The notes beneath the pieces are model-generated. The model made no database searches, was not told the origin of the DNA, and saw only the letters and a program-made list of their open reading frames with translations. A stretch of DNA of 32,000 nucleotides from Pyrolobus fumarii 1A (GTDB lineage Archaea > Thermoproteota > Thermoprotei_A > Sulfolobales > Pyrodictiaceae), in assembly GCF_000223395.1 (NCBI RefSeq), contig NC_015931.1, positions 570,001 to 602,000 of the forward strand, read 5' to 3'. This document shows, piece after piece, positions 1 to 7,287 of the stretch (the first letter of the stretch is position 1; each line of letters starts with the position of its first letter). The translations under genes were made by a program, and so were the position numbers.

Positions 1-34
1 TGTCTTTGCCCACCTGGATGCTGTTAGGAGCGCG

Positions 35-643
35 ATGAAACCTTGGGTTTCGAATGTTGTGAAGGAGCGTATGGACTATGCACAGCTTGACGATAAAGTC
101 TACATCGAGAGAGTTCTACGGAACTTATCAATGACTTACAACAAATGGATTAATAACCTCGCTAAAGGCTTTGCTCGAGCTATCGCCGAGGTGCTTGGTG
201 CTGAGATACGCTGGAAGAATTTAACGGAGACTGAAGATGCAAGTGAGTTCGAAAGGGGTAAACCGGACTGCAAGTATCTCATCTCCAACCTGTTCTTCAG
301 ACTGCATAGGAGGGCCCTCCTAACCTCACTATACTTTGACATGCTCTACATCTGTTTCAAGTTCAACACTGAAATCTTCAACGAGACCGTACTGAGGATC
401 ACTAAGAGAAGAGCTGCCGAGATGGGACGTTACGCAATCAGAGCATGCGTAGAAAGCACAAACCCTCGCTGTGCTCTTAGCACTGCACTTGACGTCTTCA
501 ACCACTATACTCTAGACGCCTGCAAGAGGTACATAGAGCAAGCACAGACACTGGCAACCCGATACTCGGAAATGCTATATGCAATGCTAACCCATGCAAC
601 CCGCCTGCTAAGGGAACACTATGGCTGCGAAGTCTTCTACTAG
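35..643 (+). CDS. hypothetical protein with no recognisable domain; possibly 5'-truncated by the window edge
   Basis: 202-aa ORF with a non-repetitive, helical-looking sequence. In-frame codons from position 2 to 34 contain no stop, so the true start may lie upstream of the window. Convergent with the TOPRIM-like gene. Confidence 0.45.
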   Translation: MKPWVSNVVKERMDYAQLDDKVYIERVLRNLSMTYNKWINNLAKGFARAIAEVLGAEIRWKNLTETEDASEFERGKPDCKYLISNLFFRLHRRALLTSLYFDMLYICFKFNTEIFNETVLRITKRRAAEMGRYAIRACVESTNPRCALSTALDVFNHYTLDACKRYIEQAQTLATRYSEMLYAMLTHATRLLREHYGCEVFY

Positions 644-778
644 GCTTTCCTCCTAACACGATACTACCGAGGCTATAACAGAGTGAGTGTTAACTTTGAA
701 GCCAATTTCGTAAAGAGTATCGAAGCAAGGTTTGCACTCTCACATACTCTCCGCCAAACACTATGAGGCACCTAAAGG

Positions 779-1321
779 CTAAGGTGATGTTAACCACCTT
801 AAACAGTCTAGATACTTGTCAAAATCGCGTTCCCCTATGAGAATCTTGACGTCGATACGAGGGGCTAGCTTGGCTAGCATTCGCTTCTCGTAATATGAGT
901 TGAGGAGTCTCTGTATAGCTTGTACCGGGTCTCTTCTGCAGATGCGCCTGTCACCTCCAAGGCCTATGCAGAGCCACGCTTCGTGCATGGGTTCGACTGT
1001 CACAACACGGATGTAATCAAGCTCATCTCTTCTAAAGTGCCTCCTTACAAAGTAGTCGGGAGCGTCTGGCTTTCCCTCTGAATCGATAACCACCAGAATT
1101 CTCCATGGACTACCGGCAACAATGGCTCTAGCGTGGTTCGCCATGGCGGGATTGCACTTCTTTGCAGGTAGGCGTCGAATACGTGGCTTGTGAGTCCTGA
1201 TGTTCTCACATAACGATTCGATCTTGAGCTTTCTGCTCTCGCATAGTTCTATCAGCTTGTTTATAAGCGTGCGATGAAATGTTACACCATAAGTGTCCTC
1301 GACTAGTATTAGGCGCTTCAA
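779..1321 (-). CDS. small TOPRIM-like (DUF4276/OLD-C-terminal-like) putative nuclease, partner of the upstream ATPase
   Basis: 180-aa ORF with a TTG start 4 nt after the ATPase stop codon. Acidic motifs are in TOPRIM order: LILVEDTYG (Glu8), ILVVIDSEG (Asp80/Glu82), VEPMHEAWL (Glu110/Glu114). Family assignment is by eye only. Confidence 0.6.
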   Translation of the reverse strand: MKRLILVEDTYGVTFHRTLINKLIELCESRKLKIESLCENIRTHKPRIRRLPAKKCNPAMANHARAIVAGSPWRILVVIDSEGKPDAPDYFVRRHFRRDELDYIRVVTVEPMHEAWLCIGLGGDRRICRRDPVQAIQRLLNSYYEKRMLAKLAPRIDVKILIGERDFDKYLDCLRWLTSP

Positions 1322-1325
1322 GGTC

Positions 1326-2660
1326 TTAACCCCCGGTCTCGTGGTATATCACATAGTCGCTAAGGAGTATACCTTCACGTGCGAGAGTCTCACGCAGCTT
1401 CTGCGGGTCTGGTAGCCTCGAGGCTGTCGTGCCCTGCGCCTCCCTCTTCACTACAATGACATCCTCCGGGTCGACGAGGTCTACTGGTATCGGAGAGTGC
1501 GTCGCGACTATAACCGGTATTTGTAGCGAGTCAAGCTCGTCAACGAGGTACTCTAGCATCTTTGCATGGAGGCTATTTTCTATCTCGTCAATGAGTAGCA
1601 GCGTCGGGTTAAGCTCTATAGCGGCAAGTATCGCAAGCAGTTTTACGAGACCATCCGGCATGTTGGGGGGCGGTAGCCTAAGCCCATTCTCGGTGGCTAC
1701 CAGCGCGACTCTCCCAAACCCCGTTTCCACTTTCACGCTACAACCCGGGAATAGTTCACGTAGCGCATCCGCTATTCTCTCAGGGAGTGCACCCCTTTCC
1801 GCAATCAAAGTGAGGAGTACCTCCGCGAGGTTACGCGCCCTCACATCGAGCCTCTTTGCACCAGTGAAGGGTCTCGGCTCGCCTATTGCTGCGATATCAG
1901 GGTGTTTGAGCATAACTATGCCACTCAATATCCTAACGATGTGCGAGAATAGCATCATGAGAGATGGGGCCGTATAAGAGTAGCCTATGGGACGTCTGCA
2001 TGAGCTGCCCTCCTCCGGCACTACAAACACCACACGCTTCTCGCTCCACATTAAACGAAGCTCACAGCGCCACAAGCTCCCCCGCATACTACAATACTGT
2101 TGTAATGGCATCCTCCAGGGTATGAGCGGACGTGGAGCCCTCCACTCGATCTCGGTTACAATCCATTCATCCTCCCTCCGGCCTTTTACACCCGCCCTCT
2201 CCGCGACATCATGTCTAGTGTATGTTTTAACCCTATCAGTACTAACCTCGAGAACCAGACTATCATCTAACATGATACGATGCTCGACCGGATATAGCGT
2301 GTCACCAGCCTCGTCGTACGCGAAAGTCACCATGTACTCGAGCTTGTTGACGCTACAGGCTCCTCCTTCGACCCGGTACACGTCAATGGAGAGGCCAAGG
2401 CGAAGTGGCGTGGTAGGGTCACGCTGGTATAACAGGTCGAGAGCCGACCAGTATAGCGGCGCATGTGGGCGGTAAGGTATAGAGTCCGCCTCGTCCACTA
2501 GCGCATGCCGTAGAAAGTACAATGCCTCAAGAATGTTGCTTTTACCAGCTGCATTTGCACCCACGAGTATGTTTAGACCAGGATTTAGCGTTAAACTAAG
2601 ATGTTTTATCGACTTGAACCCTTGTATCGTGAAGCTCCGAATGAACGCATAGTATCTCAC
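1326..2660 (-). CDS. SMC/RecF/OLD-style ABC-type (AAA_21/AAA_15-like) ATPase
   Basis: 444 aa with a GTG start. The N-terminus FTIQGFKSIKHLSLTLNPGLNILVGANAAGKSN contains Walker A. After a roughly 290-aa insert come MPDGLVKLL (signature-like), LLLIDEIENSLH (Walker B/D-loop) and VATHSP (H-loop). Confidence 0.85.
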   Translation of the reverse strand: MRYYAFIRSFTIQGFKSIKHLSLTLNPGLNILVGANAAGKSNILEALYFLRHALVDEADSIPYRPHAPLYWSALDLLYQRDPTTPLRLGLSIDVYRVEGGACSVNKLEYMVTFAYDEAGDTLYPVEHRIMLDDSLVLEVSTDRVKTYTRHDVAERAGVKGRREDEWIVTEIEWRAPRPLIPWRMPLQQYCSMRGSLWRCELRLMWSEKRVVFVVPEEGSSCRRPIGYSYTAPSLMMLFSHIVRILSGIVMLKHPDIAAIGEPRPFTGAKRLDVRARNLAEVLLTLIAERGALPERIADALRELFPGCSVKVETGFGRVALVATENGLRLPPPNMPDGLVKLLAILAAIELNPTLLLIDEIENSLHAKMLEYLVDELDSLQIPVIVATHSPIPVDLVDPEDVIVVKREAQGTTASRLPDPQKLRETLAREGILLSDYVIYHETGG

Positions 2661-3117
2661 GGTTCGAGGCCCACAGGTTAAGACACAAGCCAGCCCCTAA
2701 TCCAGGCTAGCCTTTACCATCTTAAGCCTCCACCGCTGGAAAATACGCCAACCTATGGCCGCAACTACCTGGCATCTTGGAAGGCCTCGGAGGCTCTAAC
2801 GCTTCTACGCTCACCCCGACAGAGCTTCTGGGAGAGCTGAGACGAGGCGGGTTGAGGTGCTCGCCCTTTGTAGCTCTGGATAAGAGGGGTGGTCCACACG
2901 CACGCACCATAGGCTCGCGGAGCATTTTGAGTAGATAATCCAGGCGAGGATGTGAGAATGCTCTACACGCTCATGGGTTAAGAGTATTGAGGAGGCGCAT
3001 GTAAGGGTGGAGGACTGCCTCGATGGAGTACTGGCAAGGTTGCTCATAGAGGAGCATGACGTTGAGACCAATGCACCTTGTCATGTGTTGGCCCCGCCGC
3101 TAATACTCATCACCCTC

Positions 3118-3143
3118 TACCCGCTTTAGGCCAAAAGCGGGTA
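3118..3143. promoter_or_regulatory. perfect 10-bp inverted repeat (tacccgcttt-aggcca-aaagcgggta) ending 8 nt before the ATG at 3151
   Basis: Read directly from the sequence. The arms are exact reverse complements with a 6-nt loop. Function (operator, 5'-leader hairpin) is unknown. Confidence 0.35.
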
Positions 3144-3150
3144 CGGCAGG

Positions 3151-3849
3151 ATGAGCGACACGAGGAGCGACTATAGGCTGCTGGTGGCTGAGCACGCCGT
3201 TTCGCTCCTCGAGGGTATCGTGAGGGGTAGGAGGATACCGGCTCCCATAGACTGGGAGGAGGCTGCGCGGCTATTGCGCGAGGCTCGGGGGATAGTGAAG
3301 AGGATGCGGTTTAGCTTCATGCCCGCGACGATGCTAGCTAGGAGCCCGGATGCCAAGAGCCTACAGGAGATCGCCAAGAGGCTCGTGGATGTGGTGTTGC
3401 CGCGCGAGTGGGTGGAGAGGCTGCGTGGAGACCAGCGCGCGAGGATGCCGATAGCTGAGGCGCGGTACGCTATACGCACGCTCTATACGCTCCCGGCTCG
3501 CCTCGCGCTAGGCGACGATAACAACCCGCTGTATGCTGTTGACATCGAGTGCGTCCGTATAATCACGGTATCCAAGATAAGGGGTGCGGAGAGGCTCTAC
3601 GTGACCAAGGCTCAGGGTACCCTCCCGTACACGATAGTCACGAACATCCAGGATGTCAAGCAGGGCGAGGTGAGAGCCGCGGCCGTGCTACCACCACGCG
3701 AGTTCATGGGGTATATCAGCGAGGCAATGTACTGTAGTAAGCCGCTGCAAGACTGCCAGGTGGGCAAGAGACCCTCGCCAGACCAGGTAGAGAAGGGAGA
3801 AGTGACACGCATCGTGTACGAGATAGCAGCGCAGGTACCCGGCAGCTAG
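3151..3849 (+). CDS. predicted RNA-binding protein with a C-terminal tRNA-binding (EMAP/CsaA/Trbp111-like OB-fold) domain, COG2517-like
   Basis: 232 aa. The C-terminal segment IITVSKIRGAERLYVTKAQGTLPYTIVTNIQDVKQGEVRAAAVLPPREFMGYISEAMYCS follows the tRNA_bind pattern (h-P-x-A-x-x-L-Y-V ... I-V-T ... G-x-x-V ... S-E-G/A-M). The N-terminal half is helical and unassigned. Confidence 0.7.
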   Translation: MSDTRSDYRLLVAEHAVSLLEGIVRGRRIPAPIDWEEAARLLREARGIVKRMRFSFMPATMLARSPDAKSLQEIAKRLVDVVLPREWVERLRGDQRARMPIAEARYAIRTLYTLPARLALGDDNNPLYAVDIECVRIITVSKIRGAERLYVTKAQGTLPYTIVTNIQDVKQGEVRAAAVLPPREFMGYISEAMYCSKPLQDCQVGKRPSPDQVEKGEVTRIVYEIAAQVPGS

Positions 3850-4039
3850 AGGTCACAATCCTACGCACCTAGAACGAAGAATAACGGAGAGACGTTACGC
3901 AAGCTGCAAAATGCTCTTGCCCAACTCACGTTATGCTTGATAATACACGCTCACAACAAGGAGCTGCAACACTAGAGTTGTAACGTTAACTTAGCAATGC
4001 TAGCATACTCATTCTAATATGCTGACACGCGTCCACTTC

Positions 4040-4663
4040 TCAGTCTTCTGCGCTCGCCACGTGCACCAACAGTAGCACTAGCAACATGAGCGCCAAGATC
4101 CTCTGGGTGTGCACGGCACGCGCTACTAGCTTAGCCCTGCGGCCCCGGAAGTACCTCATCACTATGCCGCTGGCCACCAGCAAGAGTATGAGGGTGACCG
4201 CGCCGTACTCTACCGGCCCGGCTTTCTCTGCGAATGTGTAGGCGTGCCAGAGGGCCGGTATGGTTAGCACAATGTTGCCATCCATGTGGAGCTCTAGGGC
4301 TAGCCTCTGGATGCCCGGCGGGATATCGACAACGAAACGAGCCCAGCGCACTGCGACAAACCCGAGGTTCAACATGAGGCCTAGGTAGAACGCTATCTTG
4401 CCCATGGTCTTTGCGTACTCTTCTCCAAACTCATCCTCCTCCGCCTCCCAAGCCTCACCACCAACATAGTCATGCTCCTCCTCACCATTCTCGCCGTTGG
4501 CCTGGACTGGTTTCGCCAGTATAGCAGCAAGGCAAACTAGAAAGAGAATGAGTACTCCAGCAATTTTAAAAGCCTTAACATCTCTCAAGACTCGAACACC
4601 GTTGATATAACCTGCAGTATTAATGCTACCCATTTTTATGTAGCCCTCCTTTGACGAGTGCAC
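4040..4663 (-). CDS. membrane protein with signal/anchor, an acidic Glu-rich ectodomain stretch and about 3 further TM helices
   Basis: 207 aa. Hydrophobic segment AGVLILFLVCLAAILAKPVQA, acidic run ENGEEEHDYVGGEAWEAEEDEFGEEY, then hydrophobic helices. No known family recognised. Confidence 0.55.
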   Translation of the reverse strand: MHSSKEGYIKMGSINTAGYINGVRVLRDVKAFKIAGVLILFLVCLAAILAKPVQANGENGEEEHDYVGGEAWEAEEDEFGEEYAKTMGKIAFYLGLMLNLGFVAVRWARFVVDIPPGIQRLALELHMDGNIVLTIPALWHAYTFAEKAGPVEYGAVTLILLLVASGIVMRYFRGRRAKLVARAVHTQRILALMLLVLLLVHVASAED

Positions 4664-4709
4664 ACGTGCATGTGGCGCAGAAGGCTATACGTGACGCTCA
4701 CTACAGCTT

Positions 4710-5573
4710 ATGCTAGCTGCACTATGCCCAAAGAGATGCTCGAGCTGCTTTATTTACCCACTGTCCCGTGGGCACACGGGGTTAAGAACATCCTTGAAGC
4801 TACCCTGCGACGCCATCGGCGAACTCCTGCTTGACGCTGTGACAAGGTTTGTCCGGAGCACAGGTTGCGACTGCATAGCGTTGAGCGGCGGGATAGACAC
4901 TAGTTTCGTTGCCCTTGCTGCACACCTTGCATATGCCAAACTGCGTGGAGTCACAGTCTACTATGCGGGTGGGCTGCCACGCGACCTTTACTACGCGAGT
5001 TTCGTAGCCCGGCGGCTCGGCATCGAGCAAGAATATGTGATGGTAGACTACAGCTTCATCGCATCTAGGGCAGCTCTTGTACTAGAGTGCACCCGGCGCC
5101 GCGACTATATCGAGTTGCGTAACGATGTTGTATTCCTAGCTGCTATAGAGTGGAGCCTTGAAAAGCACTGCAAGTGTCTTCTCACCGGCGACGGCGGTGA
5201 TGAGCTTCTCGCCGGGTATAGCTTTCTTCGCCTGCTCGACTCGCGCAGCCTTCGCGAAGCTATTCTAAGGCTAGGAGTGCGGGGAAGATACCCATCGCTA
5301 GAGCTGGCAGAGTGTATAGGAGCGAGGGTAGAGGCGCCACTACTCAACGACGAGGTTGTTGAGATAGTCACCTCTGCGCCCATAGAGTGTATCCGTGGCT
5401 GGCTCCTCGAGGGTAAACACCCGCTACGCGCAATCCTAGAGAAGTACGGACTATGGCCGGTCGCCACACGCACCAAGACACCCGCAGAGTCGGGCGCAGG
5501 AACAGACACCCTGAGCCACAGGACGCTAGAAGTGATAACAGGATTACAGCTAGACGACCTACACGGAGCATAA
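4710..5573 (+). CDS. asparagine-synthase-like PP-loop ATP pyrophosphatase domain protein, no glutaminase domain
   Basis: 287 aa. PP-loop IALSGGIDTSFVAL and the AsnB-type motif LLTGDGGDELLAGY. Exact start uncertain. Confidence 0.75.
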   Translation: MLAALCPKRCSSCFIYPLSRGHTGLRTSLKLPCDAIGELLLDAVTRFVRSTGCDCIALSGGIDTSFVALAAHLAYAKLRGVTVYYAGGLPRDLYYASFVARRLGIEQEYVMVDYSFIASRAALVLECTRRRDYIELRNDVVFLAAIEWSLEKHCKCLLTGDGGDELLAGYSFLRLLDSRSLREAILRLGVRGRYPSLELAECIGARVEAPLLNDEVVEIVTSAPIECIRGWLLEGKHPLRAILEKYGLWPVATRTKTPAESGAGTDTLSHRTLEVITGLQLDDLHGA

Positions 5574-5624
5574 CTTGATACAAGATCAGTACATCAAATC
5601 CAAAAACATACTCCACCAGACTAC

Positions 5625-5639
5625 AAAAAAAAAAAAAAA
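5625..5639 (-). terminator. oligo-T15 tract (A15 on the + strand) starting 2 nt after the stop codon of the Mrr-like gene
   Basis: Counted directly: ctac + 15 a + c, followed by tca (TGA on the minus strand at 5641-5643). Oligo-T tracts are the known archaeal intrinsic termination signal. Confidence 0.5.
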
Positions 5640-5640
5640 C

Positions 5641-6912
5641 TCAGTAACTTTGCGATAGTTTTGCTAGCTCTTTTGCTATTTTGTTAAGTTCCTTTGCTGT
5701 TTCACCGACTCTCTTGGCTATCTCTAAGAGTTGCGGCGGCGCTATACTCGTAAAGATATCGGATAACCTTTTATATATTAGTTTGTAGACTTCGTCCGCG
5801 TTTGACCTCGTGGCTTTCTCGCCTACCTCGATTACGAAGAATCCGTCTGCCTCAGCCACTTCTTTAGCCGGTCTAGACATGGACTTGACAACAAGTATTC
5901 TTAGATGTGGAACCTCTTGGAGGTTGAACACCCTGCCAAACTCTTCATCGACAACAGACCTATCTACATCTCTATTCCAGTTCTTGCATGACACGTAGAC
6001 CTTGAACCTTGTATCGCTAATGCGCTTCTCAGCCCACACATCAACCTCTATAGCAGCACCTCTCCTGGCAGCCTTCCGGACATTAACCCAGACCTGGAAC
6101 CCAAGAGCCCTTAGAGCCCGTGCAACAACATGCTCCAAATCTTCACGTGCACGTATAACCCCTGATGTCACATCCGAAATTGATGACGGAGAAAACTCTG
6201 CTTCATCGTCAGACCTTTCTTCGCTCATCTTGACGTGTTGCGACCATTCATCTAATGTTGCAAGGGAGAAAAACGCTGGAAACAACATGAATTTGCGGTA
6301 GTGATGTCTTCTTGAAGACCACTCATACCCTACACCTATACCCATTGACTGCAAAAGTCTCTCGACATTGAATGCCGAGTCAACTTTGAACAATTCTTTC
6401 AATTTGAACTCTCCTACTGCAAGTGCCAAAGGTGCTTCCTCTGTTGCTTCTAGTTTAAGACCGTAGATTCTGTTTGCATATTTTATCAGGAGATTCCTGA
6501 GTTCAATTATGGCTCTTCTTGTATTGTCATTAGCATTATTTATAATAGCTTTTAGCTTGTCAAGGTGTAACTTTGCAGCATACACGCACCGGCTGCTAAG
6601 TATATTCTCGATAAAAGCTTTGACTTTGTCAGCGACTTTATTTGACTCCCACGGTAGATTACATAGGAAGTTTAAATATGCTTCTAGAATGTCACGTAAT
6701 TGGTCAATGGCGCTCTTTGCTTGGTTTTCGCTAAAACCAAGACCCTGGATAACTTCTTTTAAATTATACAGGAAAGACGAGGTTTCTTCTTTACTTGGTC
6801 TACCTTCTTCATGATAAAGAAATAAAAGCGTAAAGTACGCCGATAGTTTTTCGACATCATCAGCACCTTCAACACAAAGTTTTGCTAGCCTTTCTAAGGT
6901 ATTCGTATACAT
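5641..6912 (-). CDS. Mrr-like (PD-(D/E)xK restriction-endonuclease-fold) domain protein with a large unassigned helical N-terminal domain
   Basis: 423 aa. Residues about 255-365 read LEHVVARALRALGFQVWVNV..AAIEVDVWAEK..FKVYVSCKNW..ILVVKSMSRPAKEVAEADGFFVIEVGE, which resembles the Mrr_cat core. The N-terminal 250 aa have no recognised motif. There is a coiled-coil-like C-terminal tail. Confidence 0.75.
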   Translation of the reverse strand: MYTNTLERLAKLCVEGADDVEKLSAYFTLLFLYHEEGRPSKEETSSFLYNLKEVIQGLGFSENQAKSAIDQLRDILEAYLNFLCNLPWESNKVADKVKAFIENILSSRCVYAAKLHLDKLKAIINNANDNTRRAIIELRNLLIKYANRIYGLKLEATEEAPLALAVGEFKLKELFKVDSAFNVERLLQSMGIGVGYEWSSRRHHYRKFMLFPAFFSLATLDEWSQHVKMSEERSDDEAEFSPSSISDVTSGVIRAREDLEHVVARALRALGFQVWVNVRKAARRGAAIEVDVWAEKRISDTRFKVYVSCKNWNRDVDRSVVDEEFGRVFNLQEVPHLRILVVKSMSRPAKEVAEADGFFVIEVGEKATRSNADEVYKLIYKRLSDIFTSIAPPQLLEIAKRVGETAKELNKIAKELAKLSQSY

Positions 6913-6930
6913 TATATATGTCCCCGCCTG

Positions 6931-6940
6931 AGTATTAAAA
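6931..6940 (-). promoter_or_regulatory. TATA-like box (TTTTAATACT on the minus strand) about 20-28 nt upstream of the ATG at 6912; suggests a leaderless transcript
   Basis: Position relative to the start codon matches the archaeal TATA position of about -26. Sequence only. Confidence 0.35.
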
Positions 6941-7249
6941 TCGGTATCTGCTATATTTTGTTTTCTACAGAATCGAGTTGTTAAGTTAATTCTTATCGGC
7001 TACCTCATTCTAATTCGATCCGAGCGTGCATATAGCTAAGACAATATATCTCATATAGGAGTGTATAAGTGTATTATAGTTAAGCAGGAAATGTAACATG
7101 ACACCCAGACACATAATGTCTACACGATCATAGTTTTTAACATTAGATTGCTAATCAAGGTTTTCTAATTATATGGCAACATCAACGTATATAATGTACC
7201 ACACAATAATCGTGCGCATAACGGTTTTATGGTTGGCCTTTAACAGTGA

Positions 7250-7257
7250 TTATATAA
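7250..7257 (+). promoter_or_regulatory. TATA-like box (TTATATAA) flanked by a direct TTAACAG repeat, about 31-38 nt upstream of the TTG start at 7288
   Basis: tttaacagtgattatataattcttaacagcgg, read directly from the sequence. Confidence 0.35.
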
Positions 7258-7287
7258 TTCTTAACAGCGGAGGTACTGAATCTGCTG

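Noticed and set aside
1429-2475. Long + strand ORFs (1429-1977, 1987-2475) antisense to the ATPase gene. Similar antisense ORFs occur elsewhere (10358-10912, 22849-23550, 24079-24768, 29467-29919, 30103-30495 and others).
   Set aside because: All are Ser/Arg/Pro/Thr-rich low-complexity translations lying opposite genes with strong motif support. This is the expected artefact of GC-rich coding DNA.
5596-5603. TCAAATCC, matching the tRNA T-loop, near the left border of the AT-rich islet, considered as a possible att repeat.
   Set aside because: It is only an 8-mer, in inverted orientation relative to the tRNA gene, and is chance-level.
6913-7287. The AT-rich 375-nt spacer considered as a replication origin.
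   Set aside because: I found no ORB-like or mini-ORB repeats (no GGGGG-flanked dyads), no adjacent cdc6/orc1 gene, and only short duplications consistent with promoters.
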